From contig MNCI01000596.1 in NCBI GenBank assembly GCA_015680685.1, positions 748,612 through 812,611 of the forward strand: 64,000 nucleotides of DNA. The letters are read 5' to 3'. Source of the DNA: Gnetum montanum (Eukaryota; Plantae; Gnetophyta). The notes below the pieces were generated by a model. That model had not been told where the DNA came from, did not search any database, and saw nothing but the letters and a program-made list of their open reading frames with translations. The position numbers and the translations under genes were made by a program. Shown here one piece after another: positions 51,138 through 62,325 of this stretch (positions are counted from its first letter, which is position 1; the number at the start of each line of letters is the position of its first letter).

Positions 51138-52312
51138 TGGCAAAAAATTATTTTGAATAATATCCATTGCCTATTAGTAATATGAATAATTTAATAGATG
51201 CTACTTCTCAGCAAGTTGAATTTAATCTAATCATGGACTGGTTTCTAACTAGTTCTTATGGGATTGTCTAATCTTCATGTTTTCTTTGTGGTGATAGGTT
51301 AATAAATTTGTTGTTATATACTTCATTTTTATACAAGTATTGGGTGAAAAGTATTATATGCCATACATTATATTTTTATTAATACTTATGCATGGTAGTG
51401 GTCATTGTTGTTATTAATTCATTGGTAGTATTTGTGATAACATATCTTTGATGGTATTTAGTTCTTTATCGAGCTAATTTGATAAAGGTTTTAATTGTCT
51501 TATTGCATGAATTTATTAGATATTATTTATTTAAAGCATTCTAAATCCTACATTATGTATTTAATTTTAAAATAAACAAAGCAATGGTTGGATGATGGGA
51601 TTCCATCCCATGGACAAAATTTTTTAGGTTTCCAATTAGAAAAGTGGGTCACTTATTTTGATTTTTACTAGGTATATTGTTAGATTAATATGTTATTTCA
51701 TGATAAACTTAATACTCTAGATCTTCTTTAATGAGAGACTTAGGATAAGATATATCATGAGATATACAACATGAACCATGGGGGTACTCATGGAAAATGA
51801 CTTGCATAGGGATTGAACTTGTACAAGGAGCAAAGTTTCCATTGTTTATGGACCATGTTCTATTAGCTATATAATAAGCAATCATAACCTATTATAGTTA
51901 TAAAGATATTAAAATGTCCCTTTAATAGAAAATCGTGTTTCATCCCTGCCAAAAAACTACACTAGCACCAAGGTTTTATGGACCATGTTTTGATGGCAGT
52001 GTAGGAATCCCATAATCATAATAATACTTGTTGAAAAAAGGAAAAAAGAAGAACTATTAAGAAATGTAGTTTTTTGATGATAAGACCTCTATTGTTCATA
52101 GCCACAGGATAAGGTTAATCATGTTGATGCATGAGGAGTCTCCATCACCAACAACTACTTTCAAAAGAAAAGACTATTTATTTTTGAGAGGTATAGTGTC
52201 ATAAGACATGGATAAGTTAGAAAATAATGTTCATGAATATCTAAATAGATAGTGCCTTGTATTTGTATTACATTTATTAGAATTTAATCTAATTAATGAT
52301 CATCCAATATCT

Positions 52313-53172
52313 TGATGTTTGAAACACCTCAAAGAAAATTCATGTTACAATGCTAATGAGTGGCAAGATACCCCTACACTCAACCATATGAATACGAGCG
52401 TAACACACGCTATCTTGGTCAAACTCCATAGACTAAGTGCCTACACGCCCCATGGAACACTTAGGGTTAATCATTCGTTGTCTTACCAAACTTACTTGTA
52501 GTTGTCACGGTGTATGGTTAAGTAAGTCTGAGGTATATAATTTTATAGCTTTTTGTGTTTTTGTCTCCTATGCTAACAAGGTGAAAGGTTGAGAAACTAA
52601 TTGATAACTCTAACTAATGAACTAAGTCTAAATTACCTAGCATTAGCATCCATTCCCACTTACCATACACACCCTGAACCGATGCAACCGTGGCTACCAA
52701 ACGCTAATCATTGCTGGGATCACCACACGTAACACACGTGCTTGAAGTGGCCGTACTGAGGCACTTAACTAGGAGGAAAGGGTTGAGAGAGAAAGTAGTA
52801 AATAACGAATAATAAATAACAGTAATTAAAATCCTAATTAGCCTATTCCATGCACTACAAGGTTTATCCAAAAAGCTCGTCTTTATTGCCATACAAAAAC
52901 TTGTGTTTAGGTACAATGTTTGCTCGAATAAAGATCCGTTCACTTTGGGACTCCTACTATGGGCACATGGAAAATATTCTATCTCTGGAGTGATCAATCT
53001 GCCAGAGTTTCCCTACTATCTAGCCTAGGATGAGGAAACAAGGGAGAGCCACCTCTTATTTATAGATATGATGACACATCGTGATATCGCGTACGCAATA
53101 TCACAGGGGAAGACGCGATATCGCGAGGGATGCAATATCGCGACAGCCGCGATATTGCGGCCCATGCAATAT
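52313..53172 (-). repeat. Partial LTR of a younger, CpG-retaining element, truncated by the next LTR
   Basis: CpG content rises abruptly. Minus-strand CTATAAATAAG at ~53055-53065. Palindrome cluster CGCGATATCGCG at 53078-53177. Left boundary is uncertain. Confidence 0.5.
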
Positions 53173-54297
53173 TGTGTCCCATAAAATGCAAAGTCCATAC
53201 CTAAAACTTCTTGTTGTAATATGGTGGAAATATAAAGGTAGAAACAATTACCTAATTTCCCCCAAAATCTTGTATTTTAGCCCTCTATTACTAGAATTTA
53301 AGGTAGTTTTAATATAAAAACTAAGATGTATAGCCCATAAACATTAGATCTCATGCATCCTAGCTAGTGGAGGCTATAAATGCTTTGCAAGATATAAATA
53401 TCTTATCTCCTAGATTATGAAAGCTTCAAAATCCATGTATGCTAGATTGTCAATGTTTAAAGTACTTCAAAGCCCTCAAATTTTGATATTTTAATTCCAA
53501 ATATTGAGCATTGTAGTTGCATGCATTGGATAGCCTACAAAGGTAGCATGTGAGATTTGGGCCTTAATCTCACATGCTAGGCAGTGTGTGGGGTAGCATG
53601 TGGAAGATAAAAATTAGTTAAAATTACACACACATTGCATGGAGGTGTTTTAGGTGTAATAGAATTTTCTAGAAATCTATCAGTAATCATGGTAGAACTA
53701 ATCAACAACAAATTAGGGACCCAAGGCCTATTTAAATAAGGACCTATTTCATTATAAGGACTTTTGGATCAATAATGCATTCACCAAACTTAAGAATTTT
53801 GGAGTAGTGAAGGTAGCCAGAGTCCATAATCATTTCTTTGATAGTGCAAATCATTAAGAGGAAGGAGTTGCATCATTGTAGATCAAATTGGGAGACTATT
53901 GCAAAATGTGGTTGCTAAGCATACCTTGCAAGTCTATACCAGAATCATCTAGTAGAATTATTTCTTAGGCTTTCAAAAACCTTGATTTGTGCTTCTTTTT
54001 GAACTCATTTTTTACATTATTACATTTAAAATTAAAGTTGAAATTATTTCTGGTTGCTAGATATTATTCTCTTTTATTTTTCTTATTCTTGGTTCTCATG
54101 CTGTACTTTCATTTTGTTCTAGGTTTTCCCATTTTTATATTAATTGGTAATAGATTTCTAGGTCCTTGGGTGATTGAAAGATCATCTAAGGTGCTTCAAA
54201 TCCTTTTCTACAAGTCCTATGGATTTGAAGGTAAAACTATTTAGCATTGAAATTTCTTGGATCTCCAACATTGAATTTTTTAGGTGCTACAATTTTA

Positions 54298-54314
54298 TAG
54301 TGCTAGAGGGAGGG
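54298..54314 (+). promoter_or_regulatory. PBS (tRNA-Asn type)
   Basis: TAGTGCTAGAGGGAGGG after the LTR end. Confidence 0.72.
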
Positions 54315-54367
54315 CCTCCACTCAACTTCTTTACTAAAACCCAATTTTAATTTTTCCAGTTAGTGAT

Positions 54368-54790
54368 AGATTTTTCCAAAACCTAGCATGCGACTTGTAA
54401 CCTATAAATTTATGCTGGGTTTTTCCAAAACCTAGCATGTGACATACCACCAATTTTTCTTATAATAATTTTAAAAATATATTTTGGTTTTTTTCTAAAA
54501 TCCAACATATGACTTGAAATCTATTTTGGCTTATTTCAACTTTAAAATATGTTTTGGGTTTCTTCTAAACCCCAACATATGACCTACCACCAAACCTACA
54601 CTTTTTAATTTTCCAAAATTAGAGTTCGCTTTTTCAAAAGGAGAGCATGTGACCTATAGCTAATCTGGACTATTAATTTTTTACAAAATTTTATTTTAGA
54701 TTTCCCCAAAACCTAGTGTGTGACCTACCACAAGTTTTAACAATCTTTGCATTAAAATTTCCAACTATAGTATGTAGGATTACCACCCTT
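54368..54790 (+). repeat. Degenerate tandem repeats in the 5' UTR (TTTTCCAAAACCTAGCATGTGACCTACCAC core)
   Basis: The core recurs about 6-7 times at 50-75 bp spacing. Confidence 0.75.
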
Positions 54791-56232
54791 TCTAGGATTT
54801 TTAAAACATAAAAATTTATCTTTTTCCTAGTGTAGTGTACAACATTGCCATACCCACCTACATTGCCTTTGTAGGTGTAGTGTACACTACAAATCTTGTT
54901 TCTACCACTTTCATTTCATAGTTTATCAACCATTTTTCTTTTGTAAATTTTAAAAGAAATTTTTTCTTTGTAGTTACGGTGTGGTTAAGGCTATGTAGTC
55001 CCACATGTTGAGACTACCTGATATGTTGAGACTCTCATATGCTAAGACTCTCATACACTAAGGCTCTTAAGCTAGCCTAAGGATCTCATACATTAAGGGA
55101 TTTATATGATCACTTGGTTTAGCATCTTGTTTATGCCTTTTCTTCATTCAATAGAATTACCTCTTAACATAGCACATATGACCCCTAACCAAGAAGTAGT
55201 TCATGTTTATGATCCTAAGAAAATCATGGTCATAGAACATAGGCAATTTATTAGGCAAAGGGGATAGGAACTAGACTTCACAATAATCAATGAGGAGTAT
55301 GATAAATTTATTTGTGCTAAAATCTAGATTGAATTTCTCATTCCATAGTCTAAATATGATGCCAAATGTCAATATGAAATCATTCACTAGAATGGGAAAA
55401 AATATATTCCATCAGCTTACTACCAAACCCACCTAATGGATTTTTATATGTGAGTATTGACATAACTAATTAATGTCCATGAAATAAGTTAGTTAAAATG
55501 AAAATTAAGAAAAACATGATGAGTTCAAGGTAGAATAGAAGCTAGACATCTTTTTTAGAAACCTCTTCCAACAATCAGCTCCCTAAGTAATAATCTCTAG
55601 CCTTGCATCCTTGATATTCCTTATAGCCCAAGTTTCTTAATCTTCCCTTTTATATCGCACCATGTTTAGGACAGTGCCTATAATTACCACTCATCAATCT
55701 AAAATTGTGTCTCACTCTACATGATTGTTCTCATCAATGCCCTTTGCCACTCAACCTTGTTCCATACGCCATGCCCCAGTGATGTCTACAACATTATCTC
55801 CTTTCATCATATTAGTAGGATCCTCTTTGGGGCCCCAAATTCCACAAGCTTCTTACACTCCCTTTTTCCCCTTTATCCCCTAAACTCTAACTCAAACTTC
55901 ATTTTCCTTATTTATTCCTCCTACCATAGTGATCACCAAGCCCCTTTTGTTCATTACATAGTCCTAAGCCTCTCAACTCCCCTCACAACCATTAGCGCAA
56001 ACTCCCTAACCTACTAGACTACCCCAAGGTCTAGATCATGGCTTTCAAATGATCCAAGAACTCAAAAAAAAGTTATAGAAACTTAAGGCTTCTACTACCT
56101 ATACACTTAAGATTATGAACTTCTACCAATATGACCACATTAATCTTGTCATCCTATAGTTACTTCTTCACACAAGCATTCCAATTTCAAACTTCATCAA
56201 ATATAATGACAATGGCTGAAAGAGATAGTGGG

Positions 56233-57903
56233 ATGGCAGCGGCTCCAACAGAATCAGCAGCAACCCCAGCAACGGCAATAGCGACTACAACCACGACCCA
56301 CATGACAGCAACTACAACAGCAGCAGCAGCGACTCCAGTAGCAGCAGCGGCGACTACGGCCGCAACCCACACGAAAACTACTACAGTGACTACGACAGCA
56401 GCAACCTCCAAGACCACGCCCGTCGCAACGGCGACCCCGGCGGTGGCTGACACCGCGACCCCCACGGCTACGGCCGCCGAGCTTCCTGGGACGGCTGACA
56501 TCGCGGCCGCGGCAACCGGGGCAGCCGCAACTCCTGGCGGGGCCATCGAGGCTCATTCCCGTTCCAACAACACCCTGCGCCTTCGCATCCGTAACCCCCC
56601 TACCGATGGCATGCATACCATGGAACGGAGCCGCATCGGTCATTTCATCTCCCGGGGGAGCCGCCCCCGGCTGGACCTGATTCGATGCTGGGTCAAGGAG
56701 TAGTGGAAGCTGAAGGACGTTACCATCCGGAGCCTCTTGGAGGACCTGCTCCTCTTCGTCCTCCCCTCCTTGCAGGTCCGCGACTCCGTTCTTCTCGATG
56801 GGCCTTGGTTCTATGGGGCCCAGGGTCTCGCATTGACCCCTTGGCGCCCCGGTGCCCACAGAGAACCCGATCTGTTTACCCACGCCCCAGTCTGGATCTG
56901 GGTGGCCGATATCCTATGGGAGTTATGGAGTCTTGAGTTCCTGTAGGAGGTGGCAGGACATTTTGGCGAGTTCATCGCTTTCGACAAGGTCACGCGGTCG
57001 CAGGACCGGTTGGGCTTTGCCCGTTTTTGTGTCTGGCGAAACCTGTCCACGACCGACCTCGTCCAGGAGGTCATCTTGGAACCCCAGGAGGGTGGGAATC
57101 CCTCCAAATTACCTATGAAAACATAGACATTTGGGACCAGTCACTGCATAGCACGGCCCCCCGCACGGACCAACCGAGCGGGTGCGGATGCTGTGGTAAG
57201 CCGGGCCATCGTGAGGCAGATTGTCATTTTCGCAAGCCCCACTCGACTAACCCTGCCCGCCAGCTTTGCGAGGAGGCCAACTAGATCNNNNNNNNNNNNN
57301 NNNNNNNNNNNNNNNNNNNNNNNNNNNNNNNNNNNNNNNNNNNNNNNNNNNNNNNNNNNNNNNNNNNNNNNNNNNNNNNNNNNNNNNNNNNNNNNNNNNN
57401 NNNNNNNNNNNNNNNNNNNNNNNNNNNNNNNNNNNNNNNNNNNNNNNNNNNNNNNNNNNNNNNNNNNNNNNNNNNNNNNNNNNNNNNNNNNNNNNNNNNN
57501 NNNNNNNNNNNNNNNNNNNNNNNNNNNNNNNNNNNNNNCAGGTCCCCCATCAAGACACCCCATCGCTCCCAATCACCAGCCCCCACCCACCAACCACAAC
57601 CACCTGAACCGGAACCACTGCTCTCCCCACTGGGGAAGTGGATCAACATTGTTCGGAGGAGTACCCGGACCAGACAGCGCAAAGCACCACAGTCCCCAGC
57701 TGAAACTGGCTGCACCCCGGTGGTCTATGAGGGGGAGGGGCACCCAGGCCGCCCGATCGAGTCCCGGTCCAGAAGTCGACAAGCCCAGCGACACATTGAC
57801 TTGGGTCAACAGTAGACCTTCCGGGAGGTCTACCAGCGCCACACCTCTGGTTGTGCATGAAGATTTTCAGTTGGAATTGCCAGGGGTAGGGTACCCCCTA
57901 TAA
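56233..57903 (+). pseudogene. LINE ORF1 (Ala/Thr-rich N-terminus, DUF4283-like domain, CCHC knuckle)
   Basis: ...VLLDGPWFYGAQGLALTPW...APVWIW...FARFCV; CGCCGKPGHREADC. Contains TAG stops and an N gap. Confidence 0.85.
57288..57538. other. Assembly gap (N run)
   Basis: Run of N. Confidence 1.
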
Positions 57904-60900
57904 ACGAAATACCCTGCGTCGTATTGTCAGAGAGGAGAATTGTGACGTGGTCTGCCTCAAGGAAACCAAGTTGCAGGCTGCAGAATCCAGTCACCTCCAG
58001 TGGACGGACTGGACCACATACTTGCACCCCAGCCAGGGCCGGGCCGGCAACCTGGCCATTTTTGCATGCCCTGCCACCACTCTGGTGGATCCCTCCCCAT
58101 GGACCATCACGATCCACATCCCCGCCCATGGTTTTTGGCTAACCAACTTCTATGGGGTGCAGGCTTGGAAGCTACGGCTCCAGGAGTTGAATCGGGTGGC
58201 CTCGCTGGTGCCAGACCACGGCTCCTGGGTGGTTGTCAGTGACTTCAACTAGCATTTGTATCCCTGGGAGAAATCTGGGGGGGTCGCCCCCCCTGGGCGC
58301 ACCTGATTTCATGGAGTTCCTTGAAAGAACGTCTCTTGTTGATTTGCCCATTGCGAATTGCCGTTTCATCTAGAGTAACTGGCGGAAAGGGGCGCATTGG
58401 GTTCTCACCCGCATTGATCGTGTCTGCGTTAGCTCTGCTCTCCTCCTTGGCACCGCCATCACCATGGCCGGGCAGGAGAGGGCTGCTTCTGACCACCGCT
58501 CGCTGGTGGTGTCCATTGGCCCGCCTCTGCCCCAGGCCCCACTCCCTTTTTAGTTCGAGCCCTCATGGCTTTCCAAGCCGTGGCTTCGCCCACTGGTGGA
58601 GGACATCTGGGCAGACTACCAACCGGGTCGGATGGACCCTCAAACCTTCCTTAAAGAAGCTCTCCTTCAGCTCAAGTGGGCCATTCGGGCCCTCCCGGTG
58701 GGGGAGAAGTTTTCGTTTCGGGCTGGCCACAAGTTGGTTCAGGAGCGGCTCGGACGCATCCAGGCGTAACAAAAGAATGAGGAGGACCTGCACACGGAGG
58801 AGATGCACCTCCTTCATCAACTCTAGAGTCTCGACCACGAGGAGGAGATCTATTGGTGGCAGTGATCTCGGATTAGATGGCTCTACGAGGGGGACCAGCA
58901 TACGAAATTCTTCTTCGCCATGGCGAAGACCCGTGGCGAAACCCACATCCATAGCATCCGTACCCAGGCTGGGGTGGTGGTTGATGACTCGTAGGGGATC
59001 GCCAATGAGCTCTCGGGTTACTGGGGGTGTATTTGGACTAAGCGCCCCACCCAGCCCATCTCCGTCCATGTGGCGAAGGTGCTCACTGCTGCGGACAATC
59101 AACACCTTCTGGCCCCCTTCTCTGAGACCGAGTTAACCAACACCATCAACAACATGTCGGGAGGTAAAGCGCTTGGTCCGGATGGCTGGTCTCTAGAGTT
59201 CTTCAAAGCTTTGTTGGATATTGTGGGCCCCAATGTTCTGGATGCTTTCAACGTCATGTTGGCCAGACGGCAGGTACGGCGCGAACTCAACTGTTCGCAC
59301 ATCATCTGCATCCCCAAACAGTTGAATGCACACCGCCTAGAGCACTTTCGTCCCATTGGTGTGTGCAACGTCCTCATCCGCATCTTCTCAAAACTCCTGG
59401 TCAACCGTTTGGGCCCCCTCTTGCCTAGGTTGGTTGGACGCAATCAGGCGGGCTTCATCCATGGTAGGACCTTCCAGGATCAGGTCCTTCTTATGCAAGA
59501 GGTCCTTCACTCCCTCCGCACTACGGGGTTTCCTGGTCTTTGTCTCAAGCTAGACATCACGAAGGCCTACGACACGCTTAGTTGGGACACCCTGCATGAC
59601 ATCATGCATAGGAAAGGCTTTGACCCTGGATTTATCCAATTATGTTTGCATATCCAGTCCTCCGCCGGGTTCTCTTTTGACGTGGGGGGAGGGGCGACTG
59701 TGGGGCTTTTCCTCCCCTAGTCGAGGTTTGAGGTAAGGTGACCCCCTGTCCCCCTTACTTTTCATCATTGCCATGGACCTCCTACAATCCTACTGCAGCA
59801 CCTCGGGGGTGGAGGGCCTCGACATTGTGGGGGTGGCTTGCCGGGTTGAACACTACGCTGACGATACCATGCTTCTCAGCCGGGCGGCGGTCCTGCAGGC
59901 CCGATGTATCAACCTGGCTCTCACCAAATTGGCCGCCGAGTTAGGTTTAGAAATCAATCGCACCAAGTCAGCGGCGCACTTCATCAATGTGGACCCGCAG
60001 GTGCAGAACCGCGTTACGCAAATTCTCAACGTGCAACCCGGGAAGAACACCGATACCTACCTAGGTATCCCGCTATTCCAGTGGGGGCGAAACAATACTT
60101 GGACCCCCCTCCTGGCCAAGCTCGAGCACTGCATCAATCACTGGGCAAACCATTTTCTTACGCGCAAGGGCCGCCTCCTCATAGCCACTAGGATCCTTGC
60201 TGCCACCACGCGATTTGTGGCGGTGGTCGACGAGCCCCCCACGACCATCATCCACCAGATCAACGCCAGGATCCGTTGTTTCATGTGGCGGGGGGGCAAA
60301 GGGGGGAGCAAACTCCATCTTGTCAATTGGCATCGCGTGGCCCGTCCTCGTATGATGGGGGGCTGGGGATCACAAATTTCGAGGATGAGTGTGCGATGGG
60401 GCAGCAGCGGCTGGTCAACCGGCTCACTCGTGCTCGGGGGGAGTGTAGTTAGTGGTCCCGTATCATTCACTGAAAGTACAAGCTCTGGCTGTCTGGATCG
60501 CATGGTTCGAGGCCTTGGCTGTCAATCTGTCGGCACGTGCGGCGGATGTTGAGTATGAACTGGATCCACCTCGAGCTGCGTGACATCTTGACCCATAAAT
60601 TTCCCCCTGAGGATGGTTGGCTAGCGGTCTGGCATGGGCGGCTCCTCGAGAAAGTCAAAATCTTTCTCTGGATGCTCAGATCTACCGCGCTCCCCGTGCG
60701 TGTGTTTCTGCAGCAACGCAACATCCTGCAGGACCCCATGTGTCCGCGCTGTGGCCGTGGCCCCGAGACCCTCAACCACTTCATCTATGACTGCCCCTGC
60801 ATGCTTGCCACTTGGCGCGCATGCAGAAGGCCCCACATGTGGCATTTTGATGGCGACTCCTGGTCAACGCTGTTGTTGTGGCACGCATGGAAGGTGCAGA

Positions 60901-60985
60901 ATCGCATAGTCTTTGCACAGGAGGCTACCCCCCAGCAACTTATCCAGTGGACCTGCAGAGCGTGGCGTAAGATTGCGGACGCTAT
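57857..60985 (+). pseudogene. LINE ORF2 core: APE endonuclease, RT, zf-RVT
   Basis: EN: MKIFSWNC, VCLKETK, WVVVSDFN, RIDR, SDH. RT: KALGPDGW, FRPIGVCN, LKLDITKAYD, GDPLSP, HYADD, YLGIP. zf: CPRCGRGPETLNHFIYDC, WHAWKVQNRIVF. Confidence 0.93.
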
Positions 60986-61560
60986 GGAGAAGACGCCGAC
61001 GTACGAGCCTAACTGCGTCGCCTACCAGGCCGAGGAGGAGCTGTGGCGGATGGTCTGTCAGTGAGGTTGGGCCGCCCTGCTGTAGAGGCTGGTCGGGGAC
61101 CCTGAGCTTCCTGACAACTCCTTCTTTACTAACTGGCATGGAGATCAGACCTACTTCCAGGGCCAAGAAATTTGCCTGATGGAGGCCACCTTGGCCAACT
61201 ACCTGGGGGTCCTGGCTGCTGGGGAGGTCATCCTGCTAACCTCCCGTGGCTTCCATAACTCTGCGACCTTTTTTGAGGGGTCTTCCCCGAGAACGTAGAG
61301 CCGTCAGGTCCCTCGGACCTCCCTCCCACGCCTCTGGGCTCACGCTGCCGCCTTGGTGAAACGCTTTTTTGTCTAGTCGGGAAATGTCTCCAAACTCCAG
61401 GGGTTGCATTTTACTTTCCTGAGGTGCTTGAAGGATGGCACCCCGGTTAACATGCCACGTTTCTTCCTTGAGGCCCTCCGCCTTCAGCGGCGCGGTTGCC
61501 ACTCGGGGCTTATTTTAGCTCTGTGGCGGGGGGCAGGGGGGCAGGGGGAGCCGGGCCCGT
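60986..61560 (+). pseudogene. LINE accessory domain in the ORF2 frame, ATHILA/Transposase_32-like
   Basis: Manual translation: LWRMVCQ*GWAALL*RLVGDPELPDNSFFTNWHGDQTYFQGQEICLMEATLANYLG...LHFTFLRCLKDGTPVNMPRFFLEAL. All stops are TGA or TAG. Confidence 0.55.
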
Positions 61561-61729
61561 CCTTTGCCCCCGCTGGGGGTCGTCTTGCTGATACCCCTTG
61601 CTTTCCCTACTTCCTCCACCTCGCCCACTCAACGGCGGTGGGCTGCTTTCAACCTTACCTGGGGACGCTGCTCCTGCTGCAATCCTGTCCCCTCGCCTGA
61701 CCCCCTAGCGCCCGCCCCCCGAATTGGGA

Positions 61730-62045
61730 GGTGCAGCTTCAACAGGCGGTCGCTGCGCCTCAGGAGGCCGAGTGACAGGCTTCGGAGATTCGGTGGACCG
61801 AGACCCTAGCCCAATGGTGTGCTGACCACGAAGCCTAGCTTCAGGAATAAGCACAACAGCTGAAGAGGCAGCATACGCTCACGATGGAGACCCTGCGGGC
61901 CTAGCTCACGGATGAGCTCTAGGCCTGAATCAGGGAGGAGTTGCGTCAGGAGGAGGTGGCGGCCCAGGAGGAACAGGAACGCCTGCAGGAGGAAGAAGAG
62001 CAACAGCAACGGCAACTCGATCGGGCACATCAGCACAGCGCCCGC
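61730..62045 (+). pseudogene. Coiled-coil segment of the LINE extension
   Basis: Same frame as the ORF2 end: QQLKRQHTLTMETLRA*LTDEL*A*IREELRQEEVAAQEEQERLQEEEEQQQRQLDR. Confidence 0.65.
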
Positions 62046-62065
62046 CAGTGGCTCAGGGGGGGGGG

Positions 62066-62325
62066 CGCTGCCCGTATAGCATTTTAGGCATTAGCTGTGA
62101 GAGCTCCTGGGGGAGCTCAGATGACACATCCGGCGCACGTCCACTAGATTCCACCCTGATGCAGGGGATTCTCCGGCGGACCGGAGCAGGCGCGAGGCTC
62201 TTATGCAGGGCTCCCAGCAAGCCGCTAACTTCGTGGACACCGAGGAGCATCGCGCCACCTTGGACCTACTTCATGAGTTGGAGCGGCCTCAGTGCGCCTA
62301 TCGCCAGCTGCCAACCCTCCCCTAG
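62066..62325 (+). pseudogene. J-domain (DnaJ/Hsp40 type, HPD motif) at the C-terminus of the LINE extension
   Basis: Reads RCPYSILGISCESSWG, then a 1-nt shift in a G-run, then ELR*HIRRTSTRFHPDAGDSPADRSRREALMQGSQQAANFVDTEEHRATLD. HPD codons at 62152-62160. Confidence 0.72.

Noticed and set aside
53987-54244. Phe/Leu-rich ORF resembling a transmembrane or env protein
   Set aside because: It is a translation of the T-rich U5 part of an LTR.
56187-56546. Hydrophobic Val/Ala-rich minus-strand ORF that looks like a membrane protein
   Set aside because: It is the antisense shadow of the Ala/Thr low-complexity N-terminus of LINE ORF1.
57141-57715. Several ORFs across the second gap
   Set aside because: N-gap artefacts. 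Only the plus-strand ORF1 continuation is meaningful.
58321-59136. 271-aa plus ORF and overlapping minus ORFs in the LINE
   Set aside because: Off-frame ORFs expected in GC-rich DNA. The true ORF2 frame (RIDR, SDH, W..EGD..TKFF) is a different, stop-interrupted frame.
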